From assembly GCA_964430385.1 (NCBI GenBank), contig CAYSHJ010000129.1, positions 58,584 through 82,583 on the forward strand: DNA of 24,000 nt, written 5' to 3'. The notes beneath the pieces are model-generated. The model saw only the letters and a list, made by a program, of their open reading frames with translations. It searched no databases and was not told the origin of the DNA. The translations under genes and the position numbers were made by a program. Every line of letters starts with the position of its first letter. Position 1 is the first letter of the stretch. Of this stretch, positions 15,071 through 21,783 are shown piece after piece. This DNA comes from an uncultured Planctomycetaceae bacterium. GTDB taxonomy: Bacteria > Planctomycetota > Planctomycetia > Planctomycetales > Planctomycetaceae.

Positions 15071-15085
15071 TTCATGACCGGGAAT

Positions 15086-15142
15086 GCGAGTCGCGGGAGC
15101 GACTCGCCTACGTAGCTTCCGCCGCGGCGGACTCCCGCGACT
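15086..15142. repeat. GC-rich hairpin cluster (REP-like) between copy 9 and the methyltransferase
   Basis: gcgagtcgc-ggga-gcgactcgc forms a 9-bp stem at 15086-15107. It is followed by ctacgtagc and then the 12-nt palindrome ccgccgcggcgg (15119-15130). agtcgcgggag (15089-15099) is also complementary to ctcccgcgact (15132-15142). No U-tract follows. Confidence 0.6.
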
Positions 15143-15203
15143 GAGATTTCATGCTCCGATGAGATACCGCGAAACCGCTTCTGAAAACAAGGAAACGCAT
15201 TTC

Positions 15204-15863
15204 ATGTCGTCGTCGCTTGAGTCCGTCCGAACCGCATACGACCTCGCTTGCGAGCCGTATGCGCGGAAGTTCGTCAACGAACTTGATCACAAACCGCTCG
15301 ATCGCGTGTTGCTCAAGCGGTTCGCCGACAGCGTCGGTGCGGAGCGGCTGATTCTCGACATTGGCTGTGGTCCGGGACACACGACGGCGCATCTGACTTC
15401 GTTGGGGTTGATGGCGACTGGGGTCGATCTTTCGCCAATGATGATCGAGGTCGCCTCGCGGACGTTTCCGCATTCGCGATTCGAGGTCGGTGACTTCTTC
15501 GCGCTGCGCCATGAATCCTCGTCGATCGCGGGCATCCTTGCTTTTTATTGTATCGTGCATTTGACGACCGAGCAGCTCGTGTTGGTGTTCGAGGAAATGT
15601 ATCGAGTGCTCTGTGACGGCGGTGTTCTGTTGCTGTCCTTCCATGTCGGGTCCGAAGTGATCCGCGCCGAGAATTTCCTCGACACGAGCGCGGTCTTGGA
15701 ATTCACGTTCTTTGAAACTCGGCAAGTCGAAGCGGCTCTGATGACCGCGGGATTTGCCCCGATCGATCTCCGCGTCCGAGCACCCTACGACACCGAACAT
15801 CCCAGCCGACGCTGTTACGTTTTCGCTCACAAGCCGCCAAGTCTGGCCTCACCGAAAGAATGA
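15204..15863 (+). CDS. Class I SAM-dependent methyltransferase
   Basis: Motif I is ILDIGCGPGHTT, followed by GVDLSPMMIEVA. The post-I and later motifs FEVGDFF, ILAFYCIVHL and LCDGGVLLLSFH are present. There is no signal peptide. ATG 15204 (preceded by aaggaaac) is preferred over ATG 15084, whose extension only translates the hairpin cluster. Confidence 0.8.
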   Translation: MSSSLESVRTAYDLACEPYARKFVNELDHKPLDRVLLKRFADSVGAERLILDIGCGPGHTTAHLTSLGLMATGVDLSPMMIEVASRTFPHSRFEVGDFFALRHESSSIAGILAFYCIVHLTTEQLVLVFEEMYRVLCDGGVLLLSFHVGSEVIRAENFLDTSAVLEFTFFETRQVEAALMTAGFAPIDLRVRAPYDTEHPSRRCYVFAHKPPSLASPKE

Positions 15864-16753
15864 GCATGTTGTCTCCCGATTTGAATCAACTCGTTCGTCG
15901 CGTCCGGAATCATTGGGCTGTCGCCTGCGCACTCGCGCTGTTGATGCCTCCCGTGTTTGCCGAGGATCCGCCGAAAGCGGACGGCAAAGAAGCAAAGCCG
16001 GAGGACGCTCTGCTGCGGAAAGCTCGCGTGCAGTTTCTGACCGATGCGGTCAAGCATTTTGAAGTGCTGGTCGGCGAGGAGGCGGTGGAATCGAAGCTGC
16101 GTCCAGAGCCGGTGCTCGTTTGGGACAACCCCGTCAGCGGAACCAAGATCGGAATCCTGGCGGTGTTCACTCGCAATGGCCGTCCGGATGTGATGGGCCA
16201 GTTTTCTTTCACGTCGCCGCAGAACGCCGTCAACGAATTTCATAATCTCTGCGGTGACAAAGTGGTCATGAAGCGCGGAACGAACACGATCTGGTCGCCG
16301 GCGGAGACCTCGACCAAGTGGCAGAAGCTCGACACCTCTGAGAAGCCGGCGGCAACGCCTCAACTGCGGCTCGTGCAAATGCGGCGGCTGGCCGAGAAGT
16401 TCACCGTCGAAGACGACTTCGGCTGGGACAAGAAAGAACTCAATCAACTGCGACTGCTGACGACTCCCGTCCATCGCTACGGCAAGCCGGACGAAGAAGT
16501 GGTCGACGGCGCGGTCTTTGTTTATGCGCTGGCGACGGACCCCGAAGCGGTGTTGATGCTGGAATGCGTTCGCAGTGAATCAGGTTTGTCTTGGCGATAC
16601 GGATTCGGTCCGATGTCGATCTACGCGCTGAAGGCCAAGCTCGGCAACGCCGTCGTGTGGGAGATCCCCGAACGAAAACAATTCGGACAACCCAAGTCCG
16701 TTCAATACGTCTTCCCGTATCAACTCGGCCCCGGCGAGAAGTTTCCGGAATGA
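15860..16753 (+). CDS. Array copy 10 of the family (subtype B')
   Basis: 297 aa. The start overlaps the methyltransferase stop (ATGA at 15860-15863). Signal-like N-terminus is ..MPPVFA|EDPP. It is colinear with copy 5 throughout and shares a 64-nt identical run with it. Confidence 0.9.
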   Translation: MSMLSPDLNQLVRRVRNHWAVACALALLMPPVFAEDPPKADGKEAKPEDALLRKARVQFLTDAVKHFEVLVGEEAVESKLRPEPVLVWDNPVSGTKIGILAVFTRNGRPDVMGQFSFTSPQNAVNEFHNLCGDKVVMKRGTNTIWSPAETSTKWQKLDTSEKPAATPQLRLVQMRRLAEKFTVEDDFGWDKKELNQLRLLTTPVHRYGKPDEEVVDGAVFVYALATDPEAVLMLECVRSESGLSWRYGFGPMSIYALKAKLGNAVVWEIPERKQFGQPKSVQYVFPYQLGPGEKFPE

Positions 16754-16762
16754 GGTCGGAGC

Positions 16763-17185
16763 ATGGTCATGAAACAGCTCGAAGTGGCGAACGTGAAGCA
16801 CTGGCTGTCGCGGCATTTCACACGACGACACGTCGTGATCTTGGCCGTCATCTGGCTCGTCTTCACGACTTGGACATTTCTCATCGTGAGTAGCGGACTC
16901 GACCACTCCCGCGAGCAGCCTTGGACCGTTGTCACTGTCACCGTCGCGAGTGTGCTGGGGCCGATGACCGGAGCCATCTCTCGAGGATTCCAAAGCTGTT
17001 GTCTGCAAGCGTCATTGTCGCTGCTCCCGTATTGTTTTGCTGGCTTGGCGGTCGGCACGTTGACACAAGTCGCTTGGCATCCACAGGCCATGTGGCTGCG
17101 TGTGGTTCGGCTCGTGATCTGGGCGTCTGGAATTTTCGTCTGGTTTGCTGGCGGGATTCTCTCGTTTTTCCACGCACTTTCCTGA
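16763..17185 (+). CDS. Small hypothetical 4-TM membrane protein
   Basis: 140 aa, starting 9 nt after the copy-10 stop. Four hydrophobic segments: VVILAVIWLVFTTWTFLIV, WTVVTVTVASVLGPMTGAI, LSLLPYCFAGLAVGTL, VVRLVIWASGIFVWFAGGILSFF. No family recognised. Confidence 0.6.
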   Translation: MVMKQLEVANVKHWLSRHFTRRHVVILAVIWLVFTTWTFLIVSSGLDHSREQPWTVVTVTVASVLGPMTGAISRGFQSCCLQASLSLLPYCFAGLAVGTLTQVAWHPQAMWLRVVRLVIWASGIFVWFAGGILSFFHALS

Positions 17186-17220
17186 CGCCTTAGAAATCAG
17201 CTCATCAAGGAACCGACGAA

Positions 17221-18126
17221 ATGAGTCCTCAAGAACATGGTGGCGACGGGCCGTATGGCGTGATGCTGTGTTTGACCGCTGCCATCGGCACGATATTGGT
17301 GAGCGGACTGTCGTTGCTCGCAGAAGACAAACCGGTGGCTCCGGCGACTGAGTCCGAAGAGGCGAAACGTTCGCGCGAGGAGTTGCAGGTTTCGCTGGAG
17401 CAAGTCGCGCCGATGCGGATGCAGCACGCGACGACCGGTGCCGTGATCGAACGAGTGACGCATCCGGTGTTGCGGTATGCGGCTCCGCTGTGGGGCGGGC
17501 ATCATGGAACGCTGTGGGTTTGGGGGAAGCGCGGGCGGCCGTTGGCGGTGTTGGAAATGTCCTTGATGGGGAAAGAGGGACTCTGGTACCGGTCCTTTCA
17601 CGCCACGACGGATGCTCCCATCAAATTAGATCTGGCCAATGGGAGGTCATGGACGCCGAAGTCGAGCAACGTGAAATTCCAACCGTTGCCCAACGCCCCT
17701 CTGCCTGCGGAGACGCCGGCTGGTCGAATGCGACAAATGAAAGCATTCCTCCAAAAAATGTCGGCGCATCAGCTTTGGACATGGCGGGAGGGTGACGGCT
17801 CGCGGCATGAACTGCGGCTGCTGACCACGCCCGTGCATCGCTACAAAGACCGCGAGCAGCAACTCATCGACGGTGCGCTCTTCATCATTGCCCAAGGGAC
17901 AAACCCGGAAGCGACTCTATTTCTGGAAGCGGTCAACCCGGTCGGTGCCGCCCAGCCGTTCTGGCAATTCGGCATCGGCCGGACATCCTTCGCGGAACAG
18001 TTCGTCCACTACGAGGACCAGGAGGTCTATCATGATCCGCCGGTGAAGCACGATGAGATCTTCAACAGCACGAATTCCTATTGGCGGACGACGTCGAAGC
18101 TTGACGAACAGAAAGACAAGCCATGA
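17221..18126 (+). CDS. Array copy 11 of the family (subtype C')
   Basis: 301 aa. It has an N-terminal hydrophobic segment (..ILVSGLSLLA|EDKP). Motifs: PVLRYAAP, HHGTLWVWGKRGRPLAV, RMRQMKAFLQKM, ELRLLTTPVHRY, DGALFIIAQGTNPEATLFLEA, WQFGIGRTS. Confidence 0.85.
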   Translation: MSPQEHGGDGPYGVMLCLTAAIGTILVSGLSLLAEDKPVAPATESEEAKRSREELQVSLEQVAPMRMQHATTGAVIERVTHPVLRYAAPLWGGHHGTLWVWGKRGRPLAVLEMSLMGKEGLWYRSFHATTDAPIKLDLANGRSWTPKSSNVKFQPLPNAPLPAETPAGRMRQMKAFLQKMSAHQLWTWREGDGSRHELRLLTTPVHRYKDREQQLIDGALFIIAQGTNPEATLFLEAVNPVGAAQPFWQFGIGRTSFAEQFVHYEDQEVYHDPPVKHDEIFNSTNSYWRTTSKLDEQKDKP

Positions 18127-18446
18127 AGGTCAACTGCTGTTTCGTCGGTTTGATGATGCTCGGCCTGTCCGCCGTGGCTCAAGAGTCGTCCACGACGGAC
18201 TCGGCCACCGAAGCCGCGGAGCAAATGAAGATCGCTCGCGCGAACGTGACGCTCTTCCGAATTCAGGACGCCGAGACCGGCGCGGACATCGAGCGGATGG
18301 AGAATCCCGCCTTGCGATACACGGAACCGGTTCGGGGGCCGACTCACGGAATGGTGTGGCTGTGGGGTCGCAAAGGGCGGCCGGCTGCGGTGCTGGAAAT
18401 GATTCGCGAGGCGGATCGTTTCTGCTCATCCAAAAACGAAACATGA
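18123..18446 (+). CDS. Array copy 12: truncated paralog (signal peptide plus first half-repeat only), probable gene remnant
   Basis: 107 aa. The start overlaps the copy-11 stop (ATGA). Signal-like N-terminus is ..LSAVA|QES. It carries PALRYTEP and HGMVWLWGRKGRPAAVLEM, then diverges (IREADRFCSSKNET*) and stops. No downstream frame continues the family. Confidence 0.6.
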   Translation: MKVNCCFVGLMMLGLSAVAQESSTTDSATEAAEQMKIARANVTLFRIQDAETGADIERMENPALRYTEPVRGPTHGMVWLWGRKGRPAAVLEMIREADRFCSSKNET

Positions 18447-18632
18447 TGTCCCTAGCGAGCCGTATCAATTCCGACTCCCAACGACACCACACCCAACGAC
18501 ACAGTGGGACTCACCTGAGGCAAGTGGTCATGCCACAGCGAGGGTCAAACGCTCCTCACGAACAACTACAACCCAAACTCTGACATCCACTGGGCAATGA
18601 TTTCAACATACGAGCGAGGGCTGAGGTAACAG

Positions 18633-18654
18633 GCCCTCACTGACGCTTCGAGTT
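18633..18654. repeat. Third copy of the gccctcRctgacgcttcgagtt motif, upstream of recO
   Basis: gccctcactgacgcttcgagtt matches 10376-10397 at 21/22 positions. It is preceded by the complementary gagggc (18616-18621). Confidence 0.5.
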
Positions 18655-18722
18655 CGTGTCGGACTCGGTCGCGTTTGGTATCAATACGCTTGCCGTGTCT
18701 CCCGATTTTCCCGTCCCAAACT

Positions 18723-19472
18723 ATGACCGCTGAGAAAACCACTGGCCTCGTGATTCGACTGGCGGACTTCAGCGAGTCCAGCCACGTGGTGACGTGGTTC
18801 ACTCGCGATTTTGGCAAGCTGGCGACGATCGCGAAGGGGGGCAAACGCCTGAAAGGGCCGTTTGAAACGGCTCTTGACCTGCTCGCGGAATCTCGTCTAG
18901 TTTTCCTACGCAAGTCATCCGGGGGACTGGACATTTTGACAGAATGCCAGTTGATGGCTCGGTTCCGGCCGCCGGCTCGCAATCTGAATTGCTTGTACGG
19001 CGGATACTACGTTGCTGAGCTGTTAGCTGGTCTCACGGAGGAGTACGACCCGCACCCCGTTTTGTACGATGAGGCGGTCGCGACGTTGCGACGGCTGACC
19101 GAAGTGGGCGACTTCCGCTGGCCCGTGCTGCGATTTGAAGTTGTCACACTGCGCGAAATCGGTCAACTGCCCGACTTCAAAGCCTGCCTCGCCTGCGGAC
19201 GGACTGTGGCCGATCACACGTCATTTGTTTTCTGGGTGTCGCAAGGAGGCCTGCTCTGTCCGAACTGTCGCCGATCCGAATTTGCGTCGCATCCGATTCA
19301 CGGCGCGACGCTGGCTTTGTTTGAACAACTCGCCGCCATTGAACCTCCCGCGCCACCGACCGCACCTTTCCCATCCAAGACCATTCAAGAGCTCCGGCAC
19401 CTGATCACCGCCGCCATCTGCCAGCCTCTCGATCGACGACCCAAGATGCTGTCGTACCTGCCATTCACGTAG
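18723..19472 (+). CDS. recO: DNA repair protein RecO
   Basis: The N-terminal OB-fold region is TGLVIRLADFSESSHVVTWFTRDFGKLATIAKGGKRLKGPF. A C-terminal Cys4 pattern (CLACGR...LLCPNC) is present. ATG 18723 is preferred over the upstream start at 18675. Confidence 0.8.
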   Translation: MTAEKTTGLVIRLADFSESSHVVTWFTRDFGKLATIAKGGKRLKGPFETALDLLAESRLVFLRKSSGGLDILTECQLMARFRPPARNLNCLYGGYYVAELLAGLTEEYDPHPVLYDEAVATLRRLTEVGDFRWPVLRFEVVTLREIGQLPDFKACLACGRTVADHTSFVFWVSQGGLLCPNCRRSEFASHPIHGATLALFEQLAAIEPPAPPTAPFPSKTIQELRHLITAAICQPLDRRPKMLSYLPFT

Positions 19473-19479
19473 ACAGGTT

Positions 19480-20943
19480 ATGTCTCGTCTCGCTTCATTA
19501 TTATTGTTGCTGCTGCTGACGTGCCTGCTCTCGGGCTGCGCGACGCCCCGTTCGTCGGTCAGCCTGACACAGTGGAGTTGGGGCCGCAGTATCAATATCT
19601 CCAAGGACAAATCCTCGGCGCTCGATCCAGCCGAAGAGGAGGACGTCACGGTTGTCGATCCTGACGATGCTCCGAAAGAGCCGCGGCGATTGTTCGGTCT
19701 CGGTGGTGGACGCGGTCGCGAAGAACAACGGTCTGGTCCCGAAAGCCGTCCGCGCGCCGAGAGTCGCAGTGCCACGGAAGGCCCGTCCTGGTGGGAGCGG
19801 TCGAAACCAAAGGACTCCACCGCGACGCGCGTTGACGATGACGAACATCGTCGGCAACAACAACAATTCACGCAGGCCGAAGAGTTGTTCCAGGATGGCC
19901 GGCTGAGCGAAGCCGAAGAGCTGCTCAAACCGCTCTCCAAGAAGAAGCGCTCGTTCTGGTCGAAGCTGAAGATTTCGAGCATCGATCCCGGATTTCACGA
20001 AGAGCACAATCGCGTGCGTGAGGATTCGCTGTTCCTGTTGGCGGAGGCCTACTACCAGCAAGAAAGATTCGCCAACGCCCAGGAACACTACGAAGCCTTG
20101 TTGAAGGATTATCCGTCGACGCGGCATTTGAACGTCGCCACGCGGCGATTGTTCTCGATCGCCCGCACGTGGCTGGGTTTCCCCGATTTCGCGACCTCGA
20201 ACGACGTGCAGCCGGTCAATCTGGAAGACCCGCGGTCGACGCCGACACCCAAGAAGGAGAAGCCGCCGCACTCGACGATCTTGGTGCCGAACCTGACTGA
20301 CAAGTCGCGCCCCGCGTTCGACACGCCGGGGCATGCGCTGGCGGCGCTCAAGTCGATTTGGATGTACGACCCGCGCGGACCGCTTGCCGACGACGCGATC
20401 ATGATGACGGCCAGTCATTACCTGCGCGTCGCCAACAACCAAGAGGCCGACCGCTATTTCTCGATGCTCCGCGAGGAATATCCGCAAAGCCCGCACTTGC
20501 AAACGTCGTTCATACTCGGTTCGCACGTGAAGCTGGCGTCGTACCAGGGAGCGTGCTACGACGTGAAACAACTGGAAGACGCGCGGCAGCTCAAAGAGAG
20601 CACGCTGCGGCTATTTCCGAACCTCCCTGAACGGGAACGCCTCAAGGAAGAGCTGGCGCAGATTGACGAAGCGCGCGCACAGCGGCTGTGGGAATTGGTC
20701 CAACTCTACCGCCGCAAAAACAAACCCAAAGCCATGGTGATCTACGCCGAAGATCTGCTCGATACGTATCCACATTCGCGCCACGCTGCCGACGCCCGTA
20801 ACGTCCTGGCGGAGTTGCAGCCTGAACTGCTGGAGAAATATCCAGGACCGCGCGGCACTCGCTCCGCGCGGCGACCAGCCAAACCCGCCGCGGATGACGA
20901 ATTATCGACAACGGCGCGAGCTCGCGTCCGCTCCGAGGAGTGA
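19480..20943 (+). CDS. TPR lipoprotein, BamD/YfiO-like
   Basis: Lipobox is LLSGC|ATP. After an Arg/Glu/Ser-rich disordered N-region come BamD-type repeats (LLAEAYYQQERFANAQEHYEALLKDYPSTRH; MTASHYLRVANNQEADRYFSMLREEYPQSPH; AEDLLDTYPHSRHAADA). Confidence 0.55.
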   Translation: MSRLASLLLLLLLTCLLSGCATPRSSVSLTQWSWGRSINISKDKSSALDPAEEEDVTVVDPDDAPKEPRRLFGLGGGRGREEQRSGPESRPRAESRSATEGPSWWERSKPKDSTATRVDDDEHRRQQQQFTQAEELFQDGRLSEAEELLKPLSKKKRSFWSKLKISSIDPGFHEEHNRVREDSLFLLAEAYYQQERFANAQEHYEALLKDYPSTRHLNVATRRLFSIARTWLGFPDFATSNDVQPVNLEDPRSTPTPKKEKPPHSTILVPNLTDKSRPAFDTPGHALAALKSIWMYDPRGPLADDAIMMTASHYLRVANNQEADRYFSMLREEYPQSPHLQTSFILGSHVKLASYQGACYDVKQLEDARQLKESTLRLFPNLPERERLKEELAQIDEARAQRLWELVQLYRRKNKPKAMVIYAEDLLDTYPHSRHAADARNVLAELQPELLEKYPGPRGTRSARRPAKPAADDELSTTARARVRSEE

Positions 20944-21018
20944 TACACGATGAGCGGCAACGACGCATTGCAAATTGAGGATTGCAAACGGCAAATGAGC
21001 GAGAACGCGACTCTCCAG

Positions 21019-21573
21019 ATGGCAATTAACAATTGGCAATTAACAATTGGCATTCGGCAGTTCGCTCCTCGCGTCGTACCACTCATCCTCATCGCGATCA
21101 GCTTGCTTTCCGGGTGCGGCTACATGGTCGGCAGTGCGAACGATCCACAGATTCGGACCGTCGAGGTGCCAGTTATTGAGACCAACTCGTTTCGTCGCGG
21201 CATCGAGCTGCAGTTGACGGAAGCCGTGCAAAAGCAGATTCAACTTCGCACGCCGTTTCGCGTGGTGACCGACGGCGGCGACACGCGACTCACCGGCCGC
21301 ATCATTGACATGCGCAAGAGCGTGCTGGGTGAGACGCAATTCGACGACCCGCGCGAATTACAAATCAATTTGGCGCTGGAGGTCGTGTGGGAGGATCTCC
21401 GCGCCGGCCGCGTGTTGTCGCAGGAGCAGATTCCGCTCACTCCGGAATTAGCGGCCCTCCGCGCGCAGTCCGAGTTCGCTCCCGAGGTTGGCCAATCACT
21501 GGCAACGGCGATGCAACAGGCAGTCAACCGACTGGCTCGCCAAGTTGTTGATCGTATGGAAGCTCCGTGGTAG
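21019..21573 (+). CDS. Small lipoprotein, LptE-like
   Basis: ATG 21019 gives MAINNWQLTIGIRQFAPRVVPLILIAISLLSGC|GY, a lipobox signal peptide. The mature part (IRTVEVPVIETNSFRRGIELQLTEAVQKQI...LTGRIIDM) resembles LptE-family lipoproteins. The assignment is tentative. Confidence 0.45.
   Translation: MAINNWQLTIGIRQFAPRVVPLILIAISLLSGCGYMVGSANDPQIRTVEVPVIETNSFRRGIELQLTEAVQKQIQLRTPFRVVTDGGDTRLTGRIIDMRKSVLGETQFDDPRELQINLALEVVWEDLRAGRVLSQEQIPLTPELAALRAQSEFAPEVGQSLATAMQQAVNRLARQVVDRMEAPW
21021..21048. repeat. Tandem 14-mer ggcaattaacaatt x2 in an AT-rich patch
   Basis: Exact copies occupy 21021-21034 and 21035-21048, followed by ggcatt. ttgcaaa-type repeats lie upstream (20968-20995). Confidence 0.8.
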
Positions 21574-21783
21574 GACGCGGTCTCTCCAAGATCGTGATTT
21601 CGCGGGAAACATCGGACGCACTGTGAGACTGCCGCTTCGGCGATGAAGCGGTTAAAACACGCCTGTCGGATTTGTTCCGTGACGTCGATTTCGATTACGA
21701 ACGTCCCGTCGTCTCGGCCTGCCGACTGGAACTGAACCGGCGGGAACAATCTCGGGACGAGACCAAATCTTGGAGCCGCATAC

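Noticed and set aside
15084-15203. N-terminal 40-codon extension of the methyltransferase from ATG 15084
   Set aside because: The extension translates the GC hairpin and palindrome cluster (MRVAGATRLRSFRRGGLPRLRF..). The ATG at 15204 has a purine-rich upstream stretch and gives a normal-length methyltransferase.
10879-16403. Diversity-generating retroelement (template/variable repeat) explanation for the identical 64-nt tract
   Set aside because: There is no reverse transcriptase in the window. The tract is identical rather than differing at adenines. It covers the most conserved segment, not a variable one.
3978-18446. Reading the array as polymorphic-toxin immunity genes or orphan toxin cassettes
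   Set aside because: No toxin domain, Rhs/YD, PAAR, T6SS or CDI component is present. All copies carry export signals, and no conserved-N/variable-C pattern is seen. The idea stays untested rather than supported.
18566-18982. 138-aa minus-strand ORF overlapping the recO 5' end
   Set aside because: It overlaps the well-supported recO N-terminal OB-fold coding region on the opposite strand. It has an Arg/Ser-rich shadow composition.
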